A stretch of 64,000 nt of DNA from Octopus bimaculoides (taxonomy: Eukaryota): assembly GCF_001194135.2 (NCBI RefSeq), contig NC_068981.1:66030601-66094600 (forward strand). The letters run 5' to 3'. Both the position numbers and the translations under genes were made by a program. The notes under the pieces are model-generated. The model worked only from the letters and a program-made list of their open reading frames with translations, did not search any database and had not been told where the DNA came from. The stretch's first letter is position 1. Every line of letters begins with the position of its first letter. Below are positions 1 through 11,749 of the stretch, piece after piece.

Positions 1-666
1 CAGGGCACAAGAAGTCCAGGTAACATTCCTCTGAAACTCACCCAAAATAATGACCAGTCTCATAGAACAAGGCTATTCAAGCCAATCACAAGAATGTCAG
101 GAAACTAAGATAGCACCTGTGTATCTAAACCATGCTCTCATCACTGCTTTCTTTAAGAAAGGAGAGACAGACATGTGAATCTTTAACATAATTTAGCAGT
201 TCAGCAAAAGAGACTGATAGAATAAGGACCAAATTTAAAAGAAAATATTGGAGCAAATACTTCAAGGAGATGCCCCAGCATTGGCACAGTCTAATGACTG
301 AAACAAGTTGAAAGTTAAAAGATAATTCTCAAGCAGAATTAGACTGATACAGAGTGTGACATTTCTCCTTGAATTATGTATAACCCTTTTACACTGTTTT
401 TTTTTTGGTATGGGTCTACCTGGGGTTATAGAATATATTTGCCCAAAATTCTATGCAAGTGGATCAGACCTGGAGTATTGTGAATGTGAAAAGAACTTCT
501 TAAGCAGCATACATACGCTCAAAGACCCAGTGAAATCAAATCCATTGTATCAATAGGACTGGGTGATGAAGTACTGTTGCAAAATGCCTAAGGGCCAAAC
601 AGACAAATAGTATTTTCTGAATATATATGTGTACGTGTATGTGAGTGTGTGTGTGTGTGGGGGGGG

Positions 667-1036
667 GCACTTGTGCTGGTGGCACATAATAAGTACCATT
701 CAAGTGTGGGTTGATGCCAGTGCTGCTTGACTGGCTCCCCGTGCTGGTAGCATGTAAAGAACATCATCCAAATGTGGTCAATGCTAGTACCCCTGACTAA
801 CTCCCATGCCGGTGGCACGTAAAAAGCACCATCTGAATGTGGTCAATGCCAGTGATGCCTGACTGGCTCCCATACCAGTGGAAGTAAAAAACAACCACTT
901 TTGGAGTGGTTGCATTAGGAAGGGCATCTAGCTGTTTCTATAACTGGATGCCAGATCAGAATCAGATTGAAGCCTAATGCAGCCTACTGGCTTGCCAGTC
1001 CTCAGTCAAACCGTCCAACCCATGCCAGATGTTAAC

Positions 1037-1069
<33 letters not shown>
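667..1069 (+). mobile_element. 5'-truncated RTE-LINE 3'UTR copy (or derived SINE) with internal ~65-bp repeats and (GAT)n tail
   Basis: About 4 units of gccagt..actggc..gtgccggtggcacgtaaaaagcacc, then ggaagggcatc..gctg..., then (gat)n; same family as 4141-4648, 8298-9143 and 41470-41698. Confidence 0.8.
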
Positions 1070-1108
<39 letters not shown>

Positions 1109-1121
1109 TCTAGTATGAGAA

Positions 1122-1167
<46 letters not shown>

Positions 1168-2717
1168 ATGGATAGGAGAACAAAAGACATGCAAAGTAAG
1201 AATAAAAGCAAATGGGAGATGAAAAAAAAGGGAAGAAAAATAACCAGAAATAAAAATAGTTAAATAGGAAAACCAAAACAGTGGTATAGAGTGAAGTGAA
1301 AACAAATGATGGAATATGAAACCTTCTAGAATTTCTCTCTTTGTTAATTGGCAAATTGTTTGGTGTCAAAAGTTCACCCTGGCTCAGCTGAACACATTAC
1401 CAAGCTAAGACAGAGCGAGAGAGAGAATGGAACATTTCTAGTTACATAATCGTAAGAAAGGAATCCTTTGACGTCATGTCTACTGAGCATAAAAAATAAA
1501 CAGCATCATTGGCAGGATCACAACTCAGTGATCACCACTGTAACCACCATTATTAGCAACAGCAGCAAGTGTCACCCTCTTCCATTACCCAACCACCACC
1601 ACCACCACCACCACCACCATAGCCATTTAAATCCCCAGCAGTGGCATTAATAATAGCATTGGTAATATAACAACAAAGAAGGCTGCAAAAGCACCAAAAA
1701 GAGAGATGGTGTTATGTGTGTGTGTTTTTATATACAAGGTAAACGGCAACAGCAAAAACAATAATGACAACAAACAACATCAGATGTTTAACTACAGCAA
1801 TAGCAATAACCATAACAAAGAAATTACAAAATCTACTACAATGATAATCAAAGCCAAGTTGGATTGATAAAGGAATGAGACATACAGACAAAGAAGTCAA
1901 TTGTTTCAATGGTCAAGGCACTTAGCTCTCAATAGCCCAGGCTACTTAGCTGTAAATAGATTACACCAATCTAGCTAAATAGTTGTTTTTTTTTATCCCA
2001 GGCAGATATATCATCATTGGCATTCTAGTAGTGATCATTCTACTTTTGTTTTAGGCACAGTACACCTAGGAACACATATAAAGTGCATCATTATTATTCT
2101 TTTCTAAAATGGTAAGGTGAGATTTTGGGGGTAACTTGGCTGATATTTTTTGCAGGTAAAGCCACCATGTAGTGTCTTCCTCTTGCTCAAGGTTGAATAA
2201 TTCACCAATGACAGCACTGTAAAGATGGATGAAATTTTTCATTAGATCTTAGTTCTGGGAAATTTCCTGTGAAGGAATGGTACCTGAGTCAGAGTTGCAG
2301 GAAGAATAGTCCCAAATCGGTAATTGGCTTCTCTGCAGAGGACTGCAAAATAAATAACTTAATAATTCTTTGAAAATTTGGCATAAGGCCAGCAGTTTGT
2401 GAGGAAGGAGTTAGTTGGTGTCATTAACCTCAGTACTTGACTGGTACTTTATTATATCAGTCTTGGGTGGGGGTGGGGGTGGAGATGAAAAGCAAAGCTG
2501 ACCCTAGTGAAATTCGAACTCACAATATATAATAATACTCAGTAATACTACTAGGAATTTTATCAGATGCTCTAGTCATTCTTCTAGTTCACTGTCTTTG
2601 GATTAATTCAATAATGGCCTGCAAAATGCTCCAACCAGAGAGATGTATTCCTGGAGATGAGTTCATGCAAAATATTGCTTACAGTTTGTATAATAAAAGA
2701 AAGTGTGTATGTATATC

Positions 2718-2766
<49 letters not shown>

Positions 2767-3227
2767 NNNNNNNNNNNNNNNNNNNNNNNNNNNNNNNNNN
2801 NNNNNNNNNNNNNNNNNNNNNNNNNNNNNNNNNNNNNNNNNNNNNNNNNNNNNNNNNNNNNNNNNNNNNNNNNNNNNNNNNNNNNNNNNNNNNNNNNNNN
2901 NNNNNNNNNNNNNNNNNNNNNNNNNNNNNNNNNNNNNNNNNNNNNNNNNNNNNNNNNNNNNNNNNNNNNNNNNNNNNNNNNNNNNNNNNNNNNNNNNNNN
3001 NNNNNNNNNNNNNNNNNNNNNNNNNNNNNNNNNNNNNNNNNNNNNNNNNNNNNNNNNNNNNNNNNNNNNNNNNNNNNNNNNNNNNNNNNNNNNNNNNNNN
3101 NNNNNNNNNNNNNNNNNNNNNNNNNNNNNNNNNNNNNNNNNNNNNNNNNNNNNNNNNNNNNNNNNNNNNNNNNNNNNNNNNNNNNNNNNNNNNNNNNNNN
3201 NNNNNNNNNNNNNNNNNNNNNNNNNNN

Positions 3228-3284
<57 letters not shown>

Positions 3285-4140
3285 AAATACATGTATTTTG
3301 TATTCGTGTTTATGACATGGTTGCTTTCTGAGATGTATGAATGAGACTCTAAAGTAGATTTGTCTTTGTGCCTTGCATAGTGTCAGCATCTGACCCTATA
3401 TGAATATAAGATAGAAACTCTTTGTCATTCAGAACACACGACCATTCACGCAGATATGTGAGTGTAAAATTTAAGATACGTGTACGATTAGCTAGTGTTA
3501 TGGTTGTTGTTTAGTTCTAGGTTATTCTTGATAGAGCAGACATACTCATGATCAATACTATTCCAGCTGTGATTATATCATCTTTTCTTCTGGAATAGTT
3601 TACCTTGGATAACATTGTCCAATGTAGCCTTCTATAAGATGGCGTCAAAAGATCTGAGGAAGATTTTACTGTTATTTCTAACAGACTGAGCAACCATGTT
3701 GATGCTCCCTTATAGAGAGACTCCAGTATCCATTGTACATGTACTTATAGAAATATCAGCAACTGATCTTTAATATAATCCTTCTTGCTAGTCAATTACA
3801 TCAACCTTACTGCTTGACTGGTACATATTTTATCAACCCTGAAAGGATAAAAGACAAAGTCAACCTCAGCAGAATTTGAACTTGGAATGTACAGATGGAC
3901 AAAATGCTGCTAAACATTTTTCCATGCAAGTACTTTGTTATTTAGACCAACTCTATGTGTTACCTTTAGTGCTCAGTAAATTTAGAACTCTGAAAAAGAA
4001 AGCTAGTTTTCACAATATAATATTCTTTCTGTGCAACATAAAAATGCCTCATAACTTTAAATGGCTCACCAGATCATCTCTACAGGCTTTCTCTTCATTT
4101 AATGTATTATGATATTATGATCTCTTCATTGAACACTATA

Positions 4141-4648
4141 CTCGGCTTGCGAAGACCTGTTGAGGCAAGCAAAAGTGAAATCGTGATGGCACCTGTACCA
4201 ATAAATCACTAAGAGCACTGTCCGAGCGTGATCATTGCCAGAGCACCAGCTGTCTGGCTTCCATGCCGGTGGCACGTAAATAGCACCATTTGAGCGTGAC
4301 TGTTACCAACGTCGCCTTCCTCGCACTTGTGCCAGTGGCACGTGAAAAGACATTCGAGCGAGTTCGTTGCCAGTACCGCTGGACTGGCCCCTGTGCAGGT
4401 GGCACGTAAAATACACCATTTCGAGCGTGGCCGTTGCCAGTACCTCCTGACTGGCCTTCGTGCCGGTGGCATGTAAAAGCACCCACTACACTCTCGGAGT
4501 GATTGGCATTAGGAAGGGCATCCAGCTGTAGAAACTCTGCCAGATCAAATTGGAGCCTGGTGTAGCCATCTGGTTCACCAGTCCTCAGTCAAATCGTCCA
4601 ACCCATGCTAGCATGGAAAGCGGACGTTAAACGATGATGATGATGATG
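4141..4648 (+). mobile_element. RTE-LINE 3'UTR copy (young-looking, CpG retained)
   Basis: Four ~65-bp internal units, ggaagggcatccagctgtagaaactctgcc block, ends cggacgttaaacgatgatgatgatg. Confidence 0.85.
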
Positions 4649-5475
4649 TAAGATGAACAGAGCCGATCCCCATCCAAGATATTGACCATGCTGGATATCA
4701 AAAGTTTTCAGAGTGAAATGAAATGATTTAATTAGGTATCAAACCTTCATTGCAGTCTTAGCTTATCAGATGCCTACCATCATTCTACAGAGCTCATACA
4801 AACAGAATGTGTGTGAGAGATAAATATTCTGTGATAAATATAAGTGTATTAACATACGGTCTGCTATTATAATTCTATTCACATCTAAAGATGCATTATA
4901 AGAATATAAATCAACGTTAATACTTGACTGGTACTTTATTTTATGAACACCAGGAAAATGAATGACATAGTTGACCTCGGCAAGGCTGTAACTAAATACT
5001 ACAAACCATTTTGTCAGTTGCTTTTAATGGTTCTGATGGAGAACCTGATTAATGTAATGTGGACAGCTAGTGCAGAATCTATCAACTTTATTTTCTCTCA
5101 CTCCACCTCAGTTTTGCACCCTCCCCCAAAAGAGAAATGTGTGCACAGTATCATGCATAGAAAAAGCTAGTAGATATATCATCATATATACGACTTAACA
5201 TCCACTTTTCCATGTTTGCATGGGTTGGACAAAGTTTGTTGAGGCAGATTTTCTATGGCCAGATGTCTTTCCTGGTGCCAACACTCACTGTTTCCAAGAA
5301 AGCTAATATTTCTCTATGGCTGGACATGTTTCCACAGAGTATTGGTCACAAAGAACACTGTCTATATGATAGTGACACTCATTTACGATAATCATGCACT
5401 GTCATAGCAAAGAGGCACCAACTCATGTGCACACACACATATGTGTGTGTGTGTGTGTGTGCGTGTGTGTGTGTA

Positions 5476-5527
<52 letters not shown>

Positions 5528-5801
5528 NNNNNNNNNNNNNNNNNNNNNNNNNNNNNNNNNNNNNNNNNNNNAATAATAATAATATTAGGAATTTTCATCA
5601 ATGAGTTCATGAACCTTGGTTCTTTTCCCTAAAACTATATATATATAAAGTTGTAGTATATTGTCAACTTAATGTGACAACCCCAATAAGGGAACACACT
5701 ACTGCCGTTTAGCACTAGGAAGCTGGACCGCTTCCTGTCGGCCTTGACACAATTACTGTGTCCTTAAGTTTGCAAGGGGGAGACAAGCTCCTCCACCCAG
5801 C

Positions 5802-5866
5802 CTAGCCAGCATTCAGGGACATGTTTCTGAGTCTTTGCTCGTCATCAGCCTGAAGTAGCTTGCCAG
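5802..5866 (-). ncRNA. Type I minimal hammerhead ribozyme-like motif
   Basis: Minus strand reads UUCAGG-CUGAUGA-C-GAG-CAAAGA-CUC-A-GAA-AC-AU-GU-C-CCUGAA: core boxes CUGAUGA and GAAA, 6-bp stem I (UUCAGG/CCUGAA), 3-bp stem II, palindromic ACAUGU stem III and a GUC cleavage triplet. Stem I extends by CUGGCAAGC/GCUGGCUAG (8 of 9 pairs). The bases flanking stem II (C and A) are non-canonical. Confidence 0.72.
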
Positions 5867-6400
5867 CTGGATAGAGAAACCTGTTTCGCCTTCAGTGAAT
5901 AAACTTCACTATGATTTATATAAGTTTGCGAACTTGGAACCATGTGTTTGGGAAACAAGCTTCTTAACCACACAGCCTTGCTCACACCTATGTAACATAT
6001 ATATTCAGAATGAGTTTGATAAAAACTTTAATACAAGTTTTACTCATTTGTTACTTATTCATTCTCCATTCTGAAGTTGCTCATGTCCCACCAGAATATT
6101 GTCACACCTCCCTGGTGGAGCATATACTTCACCTTCAGGAAGATTGACTGAGTGTTGTGAAATATATGGACATATACAAATCTTGTGGTACCATGTATAG
6201 GAATGTAAACAATGTGGTAAACAGGAAGAAGTAAACAACTAGCAGTAGGTATTTATAGGTAGACAACCAAAAGTAAACATAGACAACAAAATAGATTTAA
6301 ACACCTGCAGATTAATATAAAGTTGTAAATACTGTAAAAGGTAACCATTAGTAGTGGAAGGTAAGTATTTAAAGGTGTACATAATGCTAAAAGTAATTAA

Positions 6401-6893
6401 CTCTTTAGCATTTAAACCATCCATATCTGGCCAAAAATAATCTACCTGTTTTATGTTCAAACTAGTCAGGTTTGTTCTCTCACAGTTATCCTATGATGTC
6501 ATTCTAAAAATAAATAATTACACAATCGAAATTTCAAAGCTATGAAATCTTAGTCCTATTCTTAGTTTCTCCTGTTCCTAACAGAACATCGGGCGATGAG
6601 TTGCCTCCACTGAGTATGATCTGCTGCAGCTGTTTTTGCATTAGTTCAGGTCAATTACAGTTCCCATAAGTTCTTGCAGAGAGTACTGTGCTAGTTTTAG
6701 GGCTATTTCCCTCTCCCCTGTTTGTTCCCAGCTGGTGTCCATGTCAATGTAGTGTGAGGCAGCCTGTGTTCTGATAGCTGTACTGTTTTCCAGCTACTGG
6801 AGCACAAGCTATGAAATGATACTTGATTAATTCAAAACAATGTGAATAATAAATAAGCATTACATTTGACAGAGTAACCTGAATGCTAAAGGG
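6401..6893. mobile_element. piggyBac-type non-autonomous element (MITE)
   Basis: Terminal inverted repeats CTCTTTAGCATT / AATGCTAAAGGG, each flanked by TTAA (6397-6400 and 6894-6897); TTAA is the piggyBac target duplication. Confidence 0.65.
6549..6805 (-). mobile_element. RTE-clade LINE 3' fragment nested in the piggyBac MITE
   Basis: Minus strand gives decayed LTWTPAGNKQGRG...AAADHTQWRQLIARCSVRNRRN*; flanked by a 12-bp direct repeat AAGCTATGAAAT (6537-6548, 6806-6817) consistent with a TSD. Confidence 0.7.
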
Positions 6894-7995
6894 TTAAAGT
6901 AGTTTATGTAAAAACATTGATGAATACCCAATGTTAAAGATTGTTTTTAATTTAGGCACAAAAGTAGTAATTTTAGGATGAGGTGATTAGTTAGTTAAAT
7001 TGACCCTAGTACTTCACTGCTATTTTATATTATCAATCCCAGAGAGATGAAAGGTAAAGTTAACCTTGGTGGCTTTTGAACTCAGATGATAAAGAACTGG
7101 AACAAATATTGCAAAGCAATTTTTCTGATTCTCTAACAATTCGGCCAACCCACCACCTTATCTAATATCAAATGTTGAAGTAAATAGTAATAAACATAAT
7201 AATAAATATACAAACGAATGAACAATGGGGGTGGGGTAGGGGACATCTAGGGGTAAACATTGAGAAGTTTATATAACATTAAAGATAAACAGCAAATAGA
7301 CAGGTAAACCATAAACAGGTAAACTAATAGAAATAGCAAATGCATGAACAAACAAAGATACTCATTGAAAGATAAATTCTGAAAGAGTTTAAACAGAGCT
7401 GAAGGAAGGAAAATGATCGTCCTAATGCTAGTGGCAAAAAATAAATAAAAAAACTAATAAGTAGAATTCCCCTCCCCTCCAAGAAAAAAAACAAAACAAG
7501 AAATAAAAAATTCATAATAAATTCTTTTGTTTCATTTGCTTCAGCTTATCTTCTGCAAAGTAAACGTGTGATTTATGTAGTATTGTTGTTATAGGGCTGA
7601 TTATGCTAGTAAAATTCGATCAATAAATGAATAAAACAAAAAACTACAATGAATGAAGCAGTCTTCCACAGAAGCCATGTAAATGGAGCAAGTAACTGAA
7701 TGTAACTGACAAACACGAATGTATGAATATATTAGCTAAATGTTGTTTTCATTTGACTAGACATTAAATCAACTTATTTTTGCAGTGGAAAAGTGTATAA
7801 GCATGTGATTGAATAAATCCTAACATATTGAATGCCAGTGTGCTGCTGGCAGTAAATTGATGGTAAATCAATCATTTGGAAGAAGTAAAGGCAAAATTGT
7901 ATGCCTGCAAGATTTGTTTAAATGAGATATATTTAATGAGGTACTAATCTTAATAATAATAATAATAATAACACTAATACTACTAATAATAATAA

Positions 7996-8288
7996 TAAAT
8001 GAGAAAGAAACCAAACTATGCTGGATCATAGATATAGCATGCCCAGCTGACAAGGTATGCGATAAGGAAGAAAGAAAAGTTGATAGGTATGACAGGTTAG
8101 CTTGGGAGGTAAAGCAGTTGTGGTCGATGAAAAGGTGGTAGTGGTACCAATAATTGTTGGAGCCCTAGGAATAGTGAGTAAAAATCTCGAGAAGTACATG
8201 GAACAAATAGGCAATAAGGGTGGAGCACTTGCAGAAAACAGCACTGCTTGGAACCGCTCGAATACTCCGGAAAGTACTCGAAAAATAA
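7996..8288 (+). mobile_element. R4/Dong-clade non-LTR retrotransposon, restriction-like endonuclease C-terminus (pseudogenised)
   Basis: With small frameshifts: NEKETKLCWIIDIACPADKVCDKEERKVDRYDRLAWEVKQLWSMK..VVVVPIIVGALGIVSKNLEKYMEQIG..EHLQKTALLGTARILRKVLEK*. Begins directly after a (TAA)n tract. Confidence 0.8.
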
Positions 8289-8297
8289 GAGGTATAA

Positions 8298-9143
8298 GAT
8301 GAGGAGAGCTGTGTGAAGCAGTGTCACTCCCAAACATTGGAAGGAACCTGTGGTACAGGGAGACCCAGGAATACATGGGATGAGGTGGTGAAGCATGACC
8401 TTCGAACGTTGGGCCTCACAGAGGCAATGACGAATGACCGAGACCTCTGGAGATATGTTGCGACTGAGAAGACCTGGCAAGTAAAGTGAGATCATAGCCA
8501 TAGCCTACACCAGTGTCACATAACCAGTTCACTTAAAAAAGTACATTTGGATTGTCAGGCAACATGCTGTGCTTGAGGAGACCTATTGAGTCAAGCACAT
8601 CAAAATCAAAATCAAAATCAAATCAAATCACAATCAAATGGAAATTGTAGTTGTGGCTGATGCCAGTGCCGCCTGACTGGCTCCCATGCTGGTGGCATGC
8701 AATAAGCACCATTCATGAGTTGGTTGTTGCCAGTGCTGCCTGACTGGCTCCTTGTGTTGGTGGCACATAAAAAGCACCATCTGAACATGGTCGATGTCAG
8801 CCCCCTCACCCCGACTGGCTCCTGTGCCAGTGACATGTAAAAACCACCAACTGAACGTGGCTGATGCCAGTGCCTTCTGACTGGCTCCCATGCTGGTGGC
8901 ACGTAAAAAGTACCATCTGAATATGGTCGATGCCCAACCCCCTCACTCTGTCTGGCTCCTGTGCCGGTGGCATGTAGAAAGCACCCACTACACTTTCGGA
9001 GTGGTTGGCATTAGGAAGGGCATCCAGCTGTAGAAACACTGCCAGATCAGATTGGAGCCTGGTGTAGCCTCCTGGCTTGCCAGACCCCAGTCAAACCATC
9101 CTACCCATGCCAGCATGGAAAACGGACGTTAAACGATGATGAT
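8298..9143 (+). mobile_element. RTE-clade LINE 3' end: ORF C-terminus, 3'UTR with five ~65-bp units, (GAT)n tail
   Basis: 8298-8489 is open: DEESCVKQCHSQTLEGTCGTGRPRNTWDEVVKHDLRTLGLTEAMTNDRDLWRYVATEKTWQVK* (RTE GRPxxxW motif). It runs straight into the abundant repeat ending aaacgatgatgat. Confidence 0.85.
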
Positions 9144-9482
9144 AATAGGTTTGTGGCTTCAATAACAGAACTGAAGGTATGCCTAAAATGTCAGTACTAT
9201 TATAGACTTAAACCCTGAGTAACACTTGTCAGCTAACAAAACGCTTGCTACTGTAGAAGTGTTGTCAATAGTCAATAGTGAATCTTTCCATGCTGTGACA
9301 AAAGTAAATGCATACTTACACACACACACACACACACATTTGAGTGGTATGGGCTGTTAAAAATGTAATGGCTATATTTTGTTTTTGTATTTCAGCTGCA
9401 TGATTCTTGATGTGAACTCATGCGTTGAAACATATATTGCGTCTTGAAAGGGTCATTATATCAATAAAATACACATCTTCTA

Positions 9483-9697
9483 AGGTGGTGAGCTGGCAGA
9501 AATGTTAGTACCTGGGAAAAATGCTTACTGGTATTTTGTCTGTCTTTATGTTCTGAGTTCAAATTCCACCAAGGTCGACTTTGCCTTTCATCCTTTCAGG
9601 GTCCATAAATTAAGTACCATTTGAGTACTGGAGTCGATCTAATTGACTGGCCCCCTCCCCCAAAATTTCGGGCTTTGTACCAAGAGTAGAAAAGAAT
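9483..9697 (+). mobile_element. tRNA-derived SINE, family A (ggtggtgagctggcagaa...)
   Basis: tRNA-like head with gagttcaaattcc B-box-like motif and the central block ctttgcctttcatcctttc.gggtc.ataaa.taagtacc; many other copies in both orientations. Confidence 0.8.
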
Positions 9698-9754
9698 ATA
9701 CACATATTCTGATTCCATTTCACTTTTCTGTTTTATTATTATCAGCCAATTTTT

Positions 9755-9965
9755 TACTCTTTTTTACTCTTTTATTTGTTTCAGTCATTTGACTGTGGCC
9801 ATGCTGGAGCACCACCTTTAGTCGAACAAATTGACCCCAGGACTTATTCTTTGTAAGCTTAGTACTTATTCTATCGGTCACTTTAGCTGAACCATTAGGT
9901 TACGGGGACATAAACACAATAGCATCAGTTGTCAAGCGATGGTGGTGGTGGTGGGGGGACAAACA
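9755..9965 (-). mobile_element. SINE family B 3' half, reverse orientation
   Basis: Reverse complement of the 3' half of the full copy at 42003-42443 (ttttactc..gtttcagtcatttgactgtggccatgctggagcacc). Confidence 0.8.
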
Positions 9966-11422
9966 CAGACACACACACATACACACACACACACGCACAC
10001 ACAATACACACACACACAGACACGTGCACACACACACATATATATATATATTGATTGGTTAAACAATTAACCAATAATAATAAAAGAAGTGAAATAGAAC
10101 CAGTTTGTGTGTTTATTATTGGCATAATGACCCTCCTGGGAAACAACAAAAGAAGAGGATATATCTGTAGAGAAACTGATAACAAACTGTGGATCCCTAA
10201 CTGTTCCATACTTTGTCAAATAATGTATTGACTTGACTATTTGTGACTCCTTTAAGTAAACCAAAATAGATTTTAGATGGAATTGAAACTATATTATATT
10301 TGGGACACTAGAGGATAATTGCTTATTCTCTGGTACTTGCCTGTATTGGTTTCTTTAAGGTTAGACACAAAGCTGTTTTGTGGAAGAGCAATTCAGATGT
10401 TATGAAGCAAATGTTCCTCCACTATTTTTGACATTCATGCTTTTTTTTTTAGAATATATTCATGACTTCATCTGAGGATTGAAACCGTTTTATGGTATCA
10501 GCTTTCTGGAAGGTTGCCTTTTGCCTCTTCCGTTACATTATTCACCAACTACCCTAACATACTAACCAGCAACAATATTAATACAACTTAGCATTATTAT
10601 TAGTGTATCTGTCACATCTATATATGTATTTTGGCAAGCTTCATAGCACAAAATTCCAGCACACTGAATCTGCAACCTAGTTCCAGAGTTCCACTTCTCT
10701 GCTGCAGCTATTTTTTAAAATATTGTCATTGATGTCATTGGAACAAGCATGAATGTCACATTTATAATTTCACCTTACACATTTAAGGGCAATGGCTCTA
10801 TACAAAAAAGGACATAGAACAGAGGGGACCCTTTAAATCCTGTCGCAGATAATCTCTTTAGTGCTGGTGGTGCAATAAAAAAAAAACCTGGTCCATACGA
10901 CAAAGAGGTTAATAGTAGGAAGAGCATCCAGCTGTAAAAGTCATGCCAAAAATAAACACGACAACAACAATGATTAGCAGTTTCCTCTGTTGCTGTTTGT
11001 ATGTGATTAAATGACAAAGAACTATTACAAGTGGTAAGATGCTGAGAAACTTGACTAATCTAAACTAGCATGGGAAAATGAACACACAAATCCTACTGCG
11101 TTCAAATTCCAGTGAGTCCCTTTCAGGGTTGATTAAAAAAAGTGCCTATTTAGAGTAGTGGATTAGTGGAATTCTTAGAATATTGGACTGGGTGTTTGTG
11201 TATTGCAATGTTGGAAGGTCTTCATGCGATGGTGGGCTGGGTTTCATTTAATATTGTGTTATGTTGCTTAGTCATTCTTTATTTCTTGTAGTATGCCGAA
11301 TGACTTATCTGCCCCATGTGTAATTGAAACAATCCTGACTAGATAATTAATACGATATTTGTTTTGTGTGTGTGTGTGTGTGTGTGCGTGTACATGTGTG
11401 TGCATATGTGTGTAACTATATA

Positions 11423-11474
<52 letters not shown>

Positions 11475-11749
11475 TATGTGTGAGGGTGGGTGGTTCAATG
11501 ATTCTGGGACTAGGTGGCATGCAGTGTTCTTGGGGAAGGTACTTTGTTTTCTGTTGTTCAGATCTATTCAAATGAAGCAAGTACCAGCCAGGTGCTGGTG
11601 TAGCCCTCTCTCATTCTAGCTGTTACATCCTGAACATTCTACTGCCTTAAAAGCAGGAAACCTGGCAGTGTGTCTATGTCTGCTCACAATTATGTGTACG
11701 TATATATCCATGCATCTGTCTATCTGTCAGCCTGTCTATCTATATACAC

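Noticed and set aside
491-548. Minus-strand MDLISLGL*/ER, resembling secernin MDLVRLGLER
   Set aside because: Needs a frameshift and a stop, has no acceptor at the expected position, and similarity does not continue; likely chance.
2283-2342. Exon-like 59-nt minus-strand segment with CAG acceptor and GTACC donor
   Set aside because: No frame resembles secernin or any protein I recognise.
2614-3389. Long ORFs spanning N runs (also 15342-16043, 17170-18483, 36879-37478, 42777-43255)
   Set aside because: Artefacts of gaps and dinucleotide repeats (poly-X, CV/HT/IY).
8640-8990. Repeat array considered as CRISPR-like
   Set aside because: Degenerate tandem units with no unique spacers, inside a eukaryotic LINE 3'UTR; no cas genes.
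10067-10264. ORF with YLTKYG, considered as secernin exon 3
   Set aside because: No LGLER, GQGG or YHNSF motifs, and part of it (gtttattattggcataatgaccc) recurs at ~36835-36867, so it is a repeat.
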